A DNA stretch of 64,000 nucleotides from Podarcis vaucheri (lineage: Eukaryota). The stretch lies in assembly GCA_965113315.1 (NCBI GenBank), contig OZ220365.1, one strand, 5' to 3'. A program made the position numbers and the translations under genes. Numbering within the stretch: position 1 is the stretch's first letter; every line of letters begins with the position of its first letter. Shown here in pieces: positions 1 through 14,200 of the stretch. A model generated the notes under the pieces. It made no database searches. It was not told the DNA's origin and worked only from the letters and a program-made list of their open reading frames with translations.

Positions 1-1856
1 TGCTCAAAACTTCTATTTCTTAGTTTATGTTCATCAGAATGCCTTCCTCGGCAACAGCGAGGATACAAGATGAAATGTCTGCAATTGACAGTGCAATCTT
101 ACATTTTACTCAGAAGGAAGCCATGTTGATTTCAGCAGTAGTCTAGGTAAGTATAGGATTGTGGCCTGAAAGAAAAACATTTTGCTTCTCAGTTGACCGC
201 TGTGTCCATTGCCCTCTGCTTTTGCTACTGTTGTCCTTTGTGTGTGTTTTTATTGTAAACTCACTGGGACACGGACCTGTCCTCTTGTAATCTGTCAAGC
301 ACTATGACTAGTGATAGTGCTGCTATAGAAATAAAGCTCTTAAATGGTTGATTGGTGATTGGATGGGGCTTGCACAAGTCCAGGAAGCTGTGCTGGGGGC
401 GGGGGCTGAATTGGAGAGGCTGGAGGGGATTAGTGTGGCCGCATTTAAACTGCAGCCATCGCTGCAAGAAGGAAGAGAGCAGAGGTGGAAAAAAGAATCC
501 AGAGAGTGGAGGATGGGGAGCTACAGATGACCTGTGAAGGCCAAGTGAAGGAAGCTGGGGGACAGCTGGCAATCTAGGCTAGAGGGAGGAGACAAAGAAA
601 AGGGAGATGAGCTAAGAGAAGACTCCTAGCACAGTTGCTTGCTATAGATACATCTATAGATTTCAATCTATAGTTGTTTTGAGGAGCAGCTGAGTTCTTA
701 TCCTGTAGCCACGCATCTGGCAGCTGCTGGAGTGGGAGAAAATATGCCTCCTTCACAAATACACACAGGTTTGATCGCTGCTATCTTAGCTGGCACTAAT
801 GATTCAACTAGGGAGCTCCAGAGTGAAAGCAATATCAAAAGTTGGACTGTGCCGCCAGAACTAATGCAAGAGAGAAATAATAGCACTCCTTAAGAGAGCT
901 AAAAGAACTGAGAGCCCGTGTTCTTATCTGTGATTATTCATTATGTGGCTGTTCATTCTTTCTGCTCATACATGTAGCCAAGAGAGATTTGGCTGCAAAC
1001 ACTCTTATCTAAGAAACAGCCTGACTAGCAAACAGTGGTGAGGCCGAGGTACCCCACTTGACATCACTGTTGCTTCCCCAGATAGATTTGGGGTGGGATG
1101 GTGGTGAGGTTGTGGCAGAGCAGTTGTCCAGGCCAAAGTATTGAATTGACCATAGTGTTCCGGATGGTACAGAAGAGTGAAGTATATATATTTGCTAGTT
1201 CAAGCAGTATAATATACAGATTGATACCTATCTTGTGACGGCAGCAGAATAAATCTCTGTAGCACATGTGTATCATTCAATCTGAGTACATATAGTGGTA
1301 GGATATAGTGGATGGTATATCACACATTCCAGGGGACAAACTGGCAATTTTTTGTTGTTGTTGATAACGGTGGCAGATATACCCAGTTCAGCTATCAACT
1401 AGTATCTCAGCCAAGGCTCTTTATATACATTTTATAAAATACAAAAAATCCTGTGAGAAACTGTCTCATGGGTAAACAGGCACTTCTACTGGTGATTGGC
1501 AGCAGGGCAGATGAAATACATATGGATCATAGATAATCCTTCTTGCTATACCAGATCTGTGACTTGGTTTCAAATGAGGTTGCTGCAAGGAAAGGGCAGT
1601 ATCTCTTAAACAGGTTAAAGCCAAAGGCACAAAATACAGCATACACACAAGTTGCAGTCATAGAATTAATCTGACCAGAGGAAATATTCCAGATAAAGGC
1701 TGATTGCAGCTAGAGAAATAACCAGCAGAGCTACATATTTATACCTGTTTAGGCATCAGGTTAAAAAAAAAGACCTACTACTTTTCTGTCAAGCTTTCAG
1801 AGGCTGGTGTGTAGAATTACTTATGAGTTTTGATGCTACCTATTATGTTATTTATG

Positions 1857-2069
1857 TAGAGTTGCCATATTTCAAAAAGTAAAATTCCTGATACTTGCAA
1901 AGTTGAACTTTTTTGGGGGTGAACATTTTGGAGCTGTTTCTGCTGCTTTTTCCATCGCGTTACCATTCATCTGGGTTTTCCCTGACATTTTGCAAAATTC
2001 CTCTCTGATGCTTTTTTTACACCCAAAACTAGGACATGTCAGTAATTTTCCTGACGTATGGCAAGCCTA
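1857..2069. mobile_element. hAT-like MITE (TAGGGTTGCCA-type termini); related copy at about 39874-39988
   Basis: TAGAGTTGCCATA..TATGGCAAGCCTA imperfect TIRs. Confidence 0.55.
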
Positions 2070-2613
2070 ATTTATGTATTTATGAGATTTCTTTTTAAAT
2101 TTGCATTATGTTTTGTATTCCCTTACTCTGATGTAAATTGCCCTAGGACCGCTTTGGTGAAGGGATGCATGGACGTATCTGAATACACGCATGGAAGTAT
2201 CTGAATACATCAACAAGCAGGAGTGAACTTACATATCTGTCTGACAGATACCACTGAAAGACTATATTAGAAACCCTTCTTTGATTGTTCTCCATATCCT
2301 ATTAGTATACATGCGGTATTTAACAGAATGAGAAACCCAGCTTGTATACCAGTGCACAGAGAGCAAATGAAGATGTAGTCAGAGGAAACGTATGTAGAAG
2401 GATGAAAGTAAAGGTGCTGAATATTTGCTGACCCTGCTATGCATCTTCTCTTATCCAGTCTTGTGGAGCAGAGTCAGAATTATTCTTCTTTTACAGATAG
2501 ATGAGCAAATGTAAGCAAATTTCATACTAGACCTCTCTAGCCTAATCTAGAGAGAGCACATAGGTGGAAAGGAGATCACAGCCCATTCAATGTTCACTCA
2601 GCCATCTTCACAG

Positions 2614-3055
2614 CAGGGGTGGAGGAAGGGGTGGTGGGGGCGGTCCGCCCTGGGTGTTGTCACTGAAGGGGGTGACATTCGGCATGCCACCCGCCCACAA
2701 CTCCCAAGCCTACCCCGAGCCATCAGGGAAAGGGGCGGAGCTGCGCCGCTTTGCTGGTGGCCTTTGCCCCTTCCCCCTTTGTTTTGACAGCTCGGAGGAG
2801 GCTTGGGAGTTGCTGATGGGCGGCCCGCCATCGCCCCCCCCATTTCTGGGCTTCTTCCTGGTGGGGGAAAGCCTCCCCTGAACTGTCAAAAGGAAGAGGA
2901 AAGGGGGGAAGGCTGCTGGCAAAGCGGCATGTCTCCCTCCCCCTCCCACCCAGGAAGCAACCTGCCGTGGGTGTCTCACTCCCCCCCATGGCCCCACCCC
3001 CAGGTGCACAGCATGTGCACCACTCCAGGTGCCAGAGCAGCTAGCTCTGCTTCTG
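2614..3055 (+). mobile_element. GC-rich hAT-like MITE with internal long inverted repeat
   Basis: Termini CAGGGGTGGAG / CTCTGCTTCTG. 8-bp flanks CTTCACAG / TTTGACAG (6/8). Internal arms at 2745-2804 and 2869-2928. Confidence 0.6.
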
Positions 3056-4514
3056 TTTGACAGAGACCACACACAAGCAAGTTGTATCTGTAGCCTGCAT
3101 TTTTTCAGGGTAGAGAAGATGGGGAATACACTGTTATACCCACAAAACCATAGAAATTAACAAATGGGAGGATTTTGATTATTTGGGATGTGAAGGAGAA
3201 ATACAAGCTTCAGAGGAAATTCTGAACTAGCCCATGCAAATGACCTGGCCAATCTAAGGCCATTAAGAAACAACACAGGGCCATTGAGGACCATTGGCAA
3301 TGCAAGAGAACTGTCCTACCTCTACCCTGAGGTGTGAACAGAGGCTGACAATTTATACAGTTGCCAGCATACATTGGTTTGAAGGGGAAAATGTCTTGGG
3401 CAAGGTGTGCTGGGAAGAAGATGGGGAAGAACAAAGACAGGTAGCCATCTTTGGCAGGATGGCTGAAGGCAGGCTGGCAGAGATGCCTTTTGCTCCACTG
3501 CAGCACTGCTGTGGAGACAAGCGCTTCTTGAGATGACCATGCTGTAAGATCTGTATTCCCTCCCTGAGGGACATAGCTGTGGGCAACATGAGGAAGCTCC
3601 ATCCACCTTGGAGACTAGAGACCCAAGGAGACTAGAGTGATGCACTAGGATGATGCCAGCCATTTTCAGGCCCCTTTTTGTGGGTAAGCCGTGAATTTGT
3701 TTCAGCCTCGGGCAAGAGCTGGGAGCCTGCAAAGGGAAATGTGTCAGAAGGAGAGAGAAAAATAATATCTGACTCTTTCTATTAGTAATTTGTCAGTGTA
3801 ATGCTTGATATTGTTGAAGTTGTTGGTTGCTGCTGCTTGGTTTTCTGCATGCCACTTGAGAGATATTTTGTTTATATAGTAAGCGGTATAGAATTGGTCT
3901 AAATAAAGGTAACTTCATAAGGGCTTACATTCATTTGTTCTGCCCCTTTTTTCATGCAGGCCAACTTTCCACTGATATGGCGCCCCTGGAAATTTGGCCA
4001 CAAGTGATTGTGACACTCAAGTTGAAAAACCCCTGGGTTCAAGGGGGGGGGTCTGTGCTCCCTTTATTTTGGGCACATATTTCAGACATCAGGCAGGACT
4101 AATTTTGCCCGCATTAATAAACTCTTCCAAGATGTGCCCATCTCAACACAGTGCAAATTTAGTTTCAGCCACAACCACATAGTTTCTTCTTCCATTCACC
4201 ATACTTAAAGTGGTGACAATAATCCTATTATCTATGAATATAGCAATAAAAGTTTAGATAAACCGCAGGCTATTTAACAGACTGCATGCTGGTAGGCCTT
4301 GGAGGTGCCTCAGCTGGATCCCCACCCCCAATACGAAAGATTGTCCCATGGTAAGCTTCAGCTCTTGGTTGAACATTATGGTCCCATAAAGAATAGTTGG
4401 CTCCCTCCCTTCCTCCTTGGTTGTTACAGATAGAAACACACCAATGGTCAGGGATGACAGGAGTTGCAGTCCAATAAAATCTGGAGGGGCACAGGTTATG
4501 GGGTCTTTAAATTA

Positions 4515-4729
4515 CAGTGGTACCTCGGGTTAAGTACTTAATTCGTTCCAGAGGTCCGTTCTTAACCTGAAACTGTTCTTAACCTGAAGCACCACTTTAG
4601 CTAATGGGGCCTCCCGCTGCCGCCACACGATTACTGTTCTCATCCTGAAGCAAAGTTCTTAACCCGAGGTACTATTTCTGGGTTAGCGGAGTCTGTAACC
4701 TGAAGCGTATGTAACCCGAGGTACCACTG
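4515..4729 (+). mobile_element. Tc1/mariner (Tigger/pogo-like) MITE, family A
   Basis: TIRs CAGTGGTACCTCGGGTTA / TAACCCGAGGTACCACTG and TA target duplication. Four copies in the window. Confidence 0.85.
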
Positions 4730-4852
4730 TATTATTTAGCAGGTCATCTTGAACTTGTTTTTCACTTGAACTTGTTTTTGTGGTGGAATATAGATGGCTC
4801 AAATAAAGCATAAGACTATTTTGTTTTTAGGGTGTGGGTATTGTTCTGCCAT

Positions 4853-5213
4853 GGAGGGACGCGGGTGGCGCTGTGGGCTAAAGCCTCAACGCCTAGGGCT
4901 TGCCGATCGAAAGGTCGGCGGTTCGAATCCCCGCGGCGGGGTGCGCTCCCACTGTTCGGTCCCAGCGCCTGCCCACCTAGCAGTTCGAAAGCACCCCCGG
5001 GTGCAAGTAGATAAATAGGTACCGCTTACCAGCGGGAAGGTAAACGGCGTTCCGTGTGCGGCTCTGGCTCGCCAGAGCAGCGATGTCACGCTGGCCACGT
5101 GACCCGGTAGTGTCCCCGGGCAGCGCTGGCCCCCGGCCAATAAATGTGAGATGGGCGCACAAACCCCACAGTCTGTCAAGACTGGCCCATTCGGGCAGGG
5201 GTACCTTTACCTT
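4853..5213 (+). mobile_element. Sauria SINE, full length
   Basis: tRNA-like head with A box (TGGCGCTGTGG) and B box (GGTTCGAATCC), (ACCTTT)n tail, and 14-bp TSD TATTGTTCTGCCAT (4839-4852 and 5214-5227). Confidence 0.9.
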
Positions 5214-6177
5214 TATTGTTCTGCCATAATAGTGGAACTGTGAATTTCTTACACTTTTATGAATGCTCCTGCTTTTTTAAAAAAATGTATTTTCCTCCAT
5301 AAATAGGCATAAATAACTTTTTCCTAGGGTTTATATAGTAAGTTGACAGCTGGATAAAGCAAAAAGGCAGTGTTAAAAATACAAAATTCACAGCTTATGC
5401 AAGGACACCAAGTCTAGGAAGGAAAATCTGACATCAAAGAAATTATTGGTTTGGCTGAAAACTAGTTATTGGATTAAGTCTGTTGGGATTTAAACATAAG
5501 GTTTATTAATCTCTTGCCATTATAAACTCCCCCCTGATCAGCAGTCAGTCCTTCACTGATCATATGCTGCAGGAAGACAAGAAAAAGAAAGAGACTTTTG
5601 AGATATGAGTAATAAGCCTGAGTTATGGAAACAACCATAAGTGACAGTGATTTATGTTCCCCTATTTTAAGAAACAGGATTACAATTGCATCTATCATAG
5701 ATAAACCCCAGACTTTTGGAGACCTGATTCAAAACATTTCAGAAACTGTGTGGTATAGCCCTGAATGCAACTTGAGCACTTTGCCTCAGAACGTATGTGG
5801 CAGTCAAATTGTTTACATATATTTCATCTGAAATATATGGTTTCCCCCCATGAACAGAAATAACCCCTCACATGGATTGTGCATGAAATCATGTCCAGGA
5901 CTGTACCACATTCTCTTTTGGGTGTCTGAAAAAACCCTAAATTCCTTGTTCAGAACAGGTCATGATTTAATACTCCAAAGGGACTGACTCATGTGGGAAA
6001 AGTAACAGCCAAATGTTGTGGTACACTATGTACTGGAGCCTATACATGTCAGCTCTGCTGTCACCATTGTGATTTTTAAATACATTTGTAGCACAATCCT
6101 AAGGCGTATCCAATCCAAAGTAAATCACACATCGTGGCTGGGGAAGTCCAGCCAGATGGGTGGGGTATAAATAATAA

Positions 6178-6230
<53 letters not shown>
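6178..6230. repeat. (ATT)n microsatellite
   Basis: Pure ATT run following GGGGTATAAATAATAA, which is probably a retroposon tail. Confidence 0.95.
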
Positions 6231-7237
6231 GGTTCAATGCGACTCACTCTAAGGTGTAGTGTGTGTTAGGATTGCGGTCATAAAGTATTTAAAAGATAAT
6301 ATCTCCAAGAAGAATCTCACCAGGAAATAACTTTTTGTAAGAGTACTTTTAATTTATAGTATGAGATTAGCCAGTTGTGTTGTTGGGGGTAATTGTGCAC
6401 CCCACACCCCAAATCCTCACACCTGGAAAATGGAGAACTCTTTCTCCATCTCCTACTTCGTGATGTAGTAGAGTTGGTGGAAACAGGGTCATTTTGGCTG
6501 ATTCCACGACACAGCTGAAGGAGCATCTCTACCCCTATCATTCAGGTTCACCTCCAAGGGTCTTCTGGCAGTTCCTTTGTTGAGAGAAGTGAAGTTACAG
6601 GGAACAAGGCAGAGTGCCTTCTCAGCGGTGGCACCCTCCCTGTAGAATACTCTCCCCTCAGATGTCAAGGAGATAAAGAACTACACAACTTTTAGAAGAC
6701 ATCTGCAGAGGGGATATGGAAGGAGAGCTGCCATTAGGGCAAACTACTAACCTCAGTCTTGCTTCTCCCAAGTACATTTGCCTTCTTTTTTACAGTGAGT
6801 ACAAGGAGTGGCCCTGGCTTCTTCTTCAGCTTCTTCTGTTGTCTCAGTTTCGTTGCTGCAAAACTCAACAGGGAGGAAGATGGGGAAGTCTACAAATTTA
6901 GACTTATGTAGGTTTGCCAGTCATTGGCTCAGGCTCAGTCCGTCATTGGTTCTGACTCTACCAGTCTCAATAAGTACCAGCCACCACTGAAAGCTGCCCT
7001 GGGGTCCTGTCCATCTCATCTATGGCTGACCAACCATGATAGCAAGGACAATCAGGTGTCTGCTCCCTGCACCTTTAAGGTGTTTTGGGGGAGTGCAAAT
7101 GAGTCATCAGCCAGCACTCAGCAGCCAGCAGCTCTTGTGCTCAGCACTAGCATGGAATCGCTGTGCCAGATAAACATGGGGAGAGGTATTCCTCCAACTT
7201 TTACCTGAAGTTCAGAAATCAACAATGAGGGGTTCTT

Positions 7238-7486
7238 ACCAGTGTGGTGTAGTGGTTAAGAGCGGTAGTCTCGTAATCCGGGGAACCGGGTTCGCGTCTC
7301 CGCTCCTCCACATGCAGCTGCTGGGTGACCTTGGGCCAGTCACACTTCTTTGAAGTCTCTCAGCCCCACTCACCTCACAGAGTGTTTGTTGTGGGGGAGG
7401 AAGGGAAAGGAGAATGTTAGCTGCTTTGAGACTCCTTAAAGGGAATGAAAGGCGGGATATCAAATCCAAACTCTTTTTCTTCTTCT
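7238..7486 (+). mobile_element. tRNA-derived squamate SINE (Squam-type)
   Basis: A box TGGTGTAGTGG, B box GGTTCGCGTCT, GTGACCTTGGGCCAGTCAC core and (CTT)n tail. A second copy lies at 43153-43436. Confidence 0.8.
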
Positions 7487-8928
7487 AATTCAAAAATGTT
7501 TTTGCTCATTGCAGATCTTAGGTTAAGAAAGTCAATGCCAATTTACCCCAATCTATGCCTCATGTCTTCATTCCTGAGGCAATAAGATGCCTCTGAGCTT
7601 CCCCAACCTATCATCTCACAATGTGGAAAATCTACAATGAAAACCCATTTTCCCTCTGTGGCAGTGGATTTGCATGTGTAAAAGTCTCGTCCAGAAGTAC
7701 ACAAAACTCTCCTGGCTTAACTCATTTCTTGAAGCTTTTAAAGACATGTCAAAATTGGGCGCCTGTTTGCCATTCATAAAATTACTTAAGCATATGCAAG
7801 TACACTCAGATTGTTAAGACTTGACAGAGTTGCAGCTGCATAAAAAGATATTCAATCTTTCTCAAGCTTTCTCCAACACATGAAATGGTGCGTTGCTTAT
7901 TATTTTAGATTTAGTATTGCTATACTACACTACTTAAAACATATTAATCACCTACAGTATTGTGAATGATGATTGCCTATTATTCATATCACTCTGAAAA
8001 ATAACAAGGTCATGGCTGGGGTATCATATCTTGATGAATGGTTATTATGCTTGAATGATAATACAATGGTTCGGGCACTAGCTGTCATGCTACCTATTTG
8101 ATTTTGCATTGGAGGCAATTAATCACATGAGATGATATGCTATGAACACACAAGGGGAAATAAAACTTTCAAACACAAGGAAATGGAGGGTTTTATCTTA
8201 TCACAAACCTGTCTCTTCCCCCCTTTACTTCCTTCTTAAAATTTTGCCAAGACAACAAGCATAGACAAATCTTACATCCAGTTATTCAGCATTTTTTTTA
8301 AAAAAAGCAATATTGTGGCTGTTACTAACTTCCCTTACAATCATGAATGAAAAAACATGAATCAATGTCTTAAAGAAATACCATTAGATGACGTACAGAA
8401 GATTACCTGATCACCAACAGAAGCTCATATAGCACTTATCTCCAGTGGTTACCTCTTTCCAGGCTAAATTCAAGGTGCTAATTTTTACCTTTAACAACCT
8501 AAATGGCCTGATCCCAAGACCATATTAGCTGTTTTCTTGCACCTGATTCCTTATATTTGGCCCAACCACTGAGGTCTTTAGAGGAGTCACTGCTAGTGGT
8601 GCCATTTGCTCAGATGCACAGCTCTGTTGGCTGCCTCAATAGTAAGGTAAACATGAGAAAAACCCTGCACCTGGCCCACAAGAATTTCACCAAAATCCTC
8701 TTTCGCTTTTTCTATTGACATTTCCTTTTCTGATTAATGGAGAATGGTTGTGGGGGACAGGAAAAAATTCTGACACAGCAGTAAAATGTAGTAATGTGGC
8801 CCTACAGTAGTGGCACATTTGTGTTGGGTGCATTGGATGGTATTTAACAAAATAACTGTGTGAGTGGAATGACTTCCACTTGCACAATGGGGCTTATCCC
8901 CCTCTCCTCCCCATGTACCACCTAACTA

Positions 8929-9165
8929 CAGTGGACCCTCCGGATACGAATTAAATTTATTCTGGGGGGTCCATCTGCAACCCGAAAAGTCTGTAGGCAG
9001 AGGTGCCACTTCTGTGTACGTGCACAGTGCAATTGATCACTTCTGCGCACACGTGCAGTGCACAGAGCGCTTCTGCGCATGCGCGCACTGTGAAACCTGG
9101 AAATATACACTTCTGGGTTTGCTGCATTCGTAACCCAAAAGTTACGTATCCAGAGTAACTAGCTG
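8929..9165. mobile_element. Tc1/mariner MITE, family C (diverged)
   Basis: TA-CAGTGGACCCTCCGGATACG ... CGTATCCAGAG..CTG-TA imperfect TIRs. Confidence 0.65.
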
Positions 9166-10398
9166 TATGTTCTGGGAGTTCCCCCAACCCTCTAGAGCAG
9201 ATCTGGGGGCAGCACAGCGTGCATGGAGGGAGGGGGGAAACACTTTTGTAGAAGTCATTTGGCTCACACAATTATTTAATTGAATACCACACATAATTCA
9301 GGAACTGCACCTGGAAAGTGGACAGCACCACAACACCCAATGGTGGCCCAGACCCTGTATGAGCAAAGCAATCTGAGAATGCCCCATGCAGCCCAGATCT
9401 ACTTCATGCAAGATCTGAGCACTGTCATCTGATGATGACAGGGAGCTCCTAACATCTCACTGGTGATGGCTTGCAAGTCCTGAATGCAACTCCACTGTCA
9501 TCCAAATGCTTCACCATAAAGCCAGTTCAGTCAAATTGTGCTCAAACTCTGGGGTGAAATGTGACCCTGCACTAGCCCCAAATCTTGATTTGGAGTATAT
9601 TTGATGGTGACTTTAATTACTGTCTTCAGCTTTTAGAGTTAGTAGAGCTGTAAGTACCCCCAAAGAATAAATAAATACATGATCATAATGTATCATATGA
9701 AATGAAGAAAAGATTGCTTTCCTACCACATAACCATGAAATGAGAATTGATATAAGATTGATTTTTTTTTACAGTTGCTGATGAGTAATTATGTTCACTA
9801 TGGGTTTAACTATATATAGTATTAATAATTGTCAGTTTATATGAGATTATACATGGTTAGCTGTGCACATATTAGAAACTGAAGGGTTATTGACAGGGAG
9901 GTGTCATTGCTCCCCATATCGGTCCAGCCATGGACAATGAACATTTAGGCTGGTAGTGAGGTCAGGAAATAGATTTAAAAAGAAGATTGGTATCTCTGTT
10001 GAAAATGCAGTGCAAAACTTATTTTGGTTTATAGTCCCTATAAATAACAGAACATGACTAAATGAAATATATCTTGGGGAAAATGCTATTGGAGAAAGGC
10101 TCTATTATGCAGTTTCCCAAAGCACAGCACAGAACCTGTTTCCAGATTCGGGACAACATCACAGGACATCACATCTCATACTTACTCTTCACCAATTCTA
10201 TTCCTGCTTTAGGAGGTTGTCTACCAATGTGCACTGATGATTCCAGATCATGGCAACAGACTGCTTGCATTCAATAGGTTGTGCCACTGCTGACATCCTC
10301 CCAAACATGGGGACAGCATGGGTGGATGGGCACAAGGAAGCATATCTGGTCCCATTTTCTGAAGGCCCAACCAATGGATTACACTCCCAGCAGCCTGG

Positions 10399-10882
10399 TG
10401 TCAGTCAGGGATTGGGTAGAGAAGGAATGGTGGAGACTGCCTGTCCTGACCTTCCAGGGAGGAAGAAGAGGAAGACAGTATAGATTTACAACAGGGGTTT
10501 GAGGGAGATCACAGCTCAGAGGCAGATGAGGGGGGAAGTTGGGAAATCATGGGAGAGCCAGAACAGCTGGCTGACATGTTGTCATTAGAAAACACTCCAG
10601 ACCCACCAACTCCCAGAACCCGATGGGCCTTAAAAGCAGGAGAGCAAGAAGCTCAAAGACAGAGAGCAATTAGTGGAACCCGTAGATGATGACGCCGAAT
10701 GAGGAAGTGAGAGAGATGGGGGGTGGGGTGAAGATTCACCCGGGACAATGCCATTATCCAAGAGGCTGACTTCTATAGCCTCTCTCTGTAAAGTATGAAA
10801 TAAAAAAGGAGTGTAAGAAACTTTGCATTGTTTTCATACTTTCCTGGGCAACCAGCCGGGAGCCGCTGACAGCATCCTGACA
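10399..10882 (+). mobile_element. Probable solo LTR (about 484 bp)
   Basis: TGTCAG..CTGACA inverted termini, AATAAA at about 10799, and flanks CCTGG / CCTGT (4/5). Confidence 0.55.
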
Positions 10883-10929
10883 CCTGTACACTCCCAGCTG
10901 CCCAAGAAATAGTTGACTTCAGTTAGGAG

Positions 10930-11200
10930 CGTAAGATGATGCTGTTGGATCAAGACAATGGCCCATCTAGTTCAGCTTCCTGTTTTGACAGCGGCCAACC
11001 AGATGCCTCTAGGAAGCCACTAACAGGACCCAAGCATAAGAGAACTCTCCCTTCCTGTGAAGACAGAGGCAGAGCATAGCCATCATGGCGAGTAGGCACT
11101 GATAGCCCTCTCCTCCGTGAATCTGTCCAATCCTCTTTTAAAGACAAGCCACCCAAGTTGGTGGTCGTCACTGCTTCCTGTGGGAGTGAGTTTCATAATT
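10930..11200 (-). mobile_element. CR1-type LINE 3' fragment (a similar fragment lies at about 40250-40550)
   Basis: TGCTG.TGGATCA.AC.A..G.CC.ATCT.G..CAG..TCCTGTTT and CCT.TTTAAAG.C A..CA.. GTGG.CGT blocks are shared between the two loci and resemble reptile CR1 3' ends. Confidence 0.55.
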
Positions 11201-14200
11201 TCATTTCATTTGAGGACAAGTATGGAAGTACCGCTTTCTCTCTCCTTATCTGATACTGAAGGAAGAGAACAAGAACCTCAAACACCTGATGATGAAGGTA
11301 GTACTTCAGTATGGAAAGTTGTCCCCAGAGACGCCTAGTGGGCACCACGATTATGGAACTTTTTGGCACCAAGTGAAAACCATTTTATTTACCAAGGTGT
11401 TTTAAAACTGTAATTTAGTTCATTTTGGATCTTGGCAATAATTGCTCTTTCCCCTGATTCAAACTTTGTGTGTTTACTGTATGTGCTTATGTGTACATGA
11501 TAGGGTGTTGTTTTTTCCACCTAAAAGTTTGACTCCCGATACAAAATTCCCATTACTGCTGGGTTTTTTGTTGTTGGGGGGGGAGAGCTTTTTATTAAAT
11601 TGCCAACTTGACACAGCTTGAGATGATATGTCATAGTGCAACATATCAGTGTGAGAAACAGTAAGTGTACATCGGAAGCATTGCTCTTAAAACCCAGCTG
11701 GTGAGTCTCTTGCAGTTGATGGTCTCAAAGCCTGCTTGTTGAAGACAATTGCTCGATGCTTTCAGACTTGGCTTTATAACATACTGTGCTCTCCTGCCAG
11801 AATCGACTGCATTTCTCATGCTCAGCTTGTTAAGGTAACTTTTATTTCTGAGATGCATGAAACTTTTCATGACACATTCACTAGCAGATCCATACTGCCC
11901 GCACACGATTTTATCTAAAGTGCCCAGCAGAATGCTTCCCCTGCTTTTTACATTTAAGAAAAGACTCAAGTCATAATATTGATCGCTTTCCACATGGGCT
12001 TGTGCCACACAAGATGGCCTTCCAAGGAATGTCCATTTAGAAATGGATGTTTACAGCAATGTTCAGAGTACTCCTGATGACATTAGTGGGAAGTGGGGCA
12101 GGAATCTTGTAATCTACCAAGACTTCACATTGAGGGATTCAGAGAGAATTATACCAAGGTAATTATGTTAAAATTTGAAATGCAATGTCTTTATTTGTAA
12201 AACCTAGGCTGGCAATGGTCCGTTCACTCTGTGGTCTTTTGGTAAGAAACACTGAAGAAACTGGCACCCAGCAGGGATGTGAAGCATCAGTACTTTAGGA
12301 CACGGCAGGGAATATGATCTCTCCCTGCTTGCAGGACTACAGAAATTGGAGATGGCAGTGAGAAAAAGTTTCACAGTTGGAAAAGGTTCCCTAAAGAACC
12401 TTTGGCTCACCTATAATTCCCTAGGAATATGTGCTAGTAAGGAAGAAACAGTGTCTGTCAGTCAGATAGTCTGCTTTTTTGCCATGCCTTTCATTCCACT
12501 TGCAAAAAATCCCACTGCTGTTAGGAGTAGCTAATGCAGTGCCATTCAGAGGTAGTGGAATACAACCACCATCATCACTAACCATTGGCTGTACTGGCTA
12601 TGGCTGGTGGGATTTTTAGTCCAAAATAAATGGAAGGTTCTGCACTGGCCACCCCTGCTCTGGTTCCTCCATATCTTTCTGCCCCACTGGAAATTTTCTT
12701 CAAGGCAGCCTCTCCTATATAAACGGCAGCACTCCGGCCTCCCTCAGGTACAATAAAAGGTGCCGTAGAATAGATGTGCACATTTTCTTTCAAACTTATT
12801 AGAGAAAGTGATGAATTGAGCAAGTTTGAAATCCACATTGTCTAGACAAGATCAGTCAGAAATATGGGAGGGGAAAATATGCCAGATCAGGCTCTTCAGT
12901 GTCCATTATGCAAATCTCACTGTAAGTGTAAAGACCTGACAACACCTGTCACTGCAGCAGCTAATGGCATCTTATGGCAAGGTGAAGGAACACTGTGATT
13001 CTACAATGTGGAAGAAAGGTCATCCACTAATGTGACTTTTTCTTTGTTAGTTTGTTTGGATACCTGCTGTGTTTCCAACAGAGCACAATATTCAAGAAAA
13101 GTCAAACTTGCGTTTCTAGAAATGCATGTTCAATCTCTCCCTCATCCCATTAATCTGAGATTGTCCATATGGTGCCCTCCTGATGTTGCTGGGATGCAAC
13201 TCTCATCAACAACATCCAATATTGCCAGTGGCCAAGGATGGTAGAAGCTGTGGTCATTGGCAATCCCTGCCATAAACTCTCAGGGGAAGGCATCCCAGTA
13301 AATGTATTTGTGAGGTTTGCCTATGATAAAAATGTTGCAAAGGACCCAGACATTACAGGCTTTCCTTTATTCACTTTGACATTCTTGCATGTTTCTTATC
13401 CGACATTGTCTTCTTTGACATGAACACCAGACAGTGTCAAAAATCAACTATACACCTTGGAAAAATGCTAATGCTGCCTCAAAGCTGACCTATTGACAGT
13501 GCTTTTTTCCCCCCAAGGGGAAAAATATGGAAAGATCCTAGCCTAGATGTATTCCTATTGCAAACACAGAGAAAAATGGAATAGATGTACACATCGTATA
13601 ATGCAGATACACTAAGAAGAAAAATACATTTCGGACACAATGTACAATATAATCATTTGCCAGTGGAATCAAAAATTAAAATAATGCAAGGGAAGTGGAT
13701 ATAAACCTGAAATCTGCTCCATGGAGACTATTGGCAGTCTGTGGGTAAACATTTAGTGCACTGTACTTGAAAACAGACTTAGCCTGGCACGGTTAGCTCT
13801 CAGTCCCAGTTCACGTTTTCTAAAAATGGGTTGTTGTTGCTACTTGCTTGGCAGTGTGGTTGCAAATGTTAAAGAAGATTATACATCAATTTGCCTCACA
13901 AACGAGCACACTTTGTTCCTTCTGCATTATCCAACTTTGGCTTTAACTTTATCTTATTATCCCTTGGGGCTCCCTAACTTAATGTCCTCATGAAAACAAC
14001 TTGCTCTTTTTTGAAAACAATGTCCAACTCCCAAAATTCTGTCATCCAGTTTTGCATGCAGGAAGTTTCAGGTTTGATCTCAGCCATCTTCAAGTAGGAT
14101 TTGTAAAAATCCCTATCTGAGACCCTGGAACTTGCAAAAGATGAGGGGACTCCAATTTCCATTAACCCTAGCGAGCATATTGAGTAATCAGGGAAGATGT

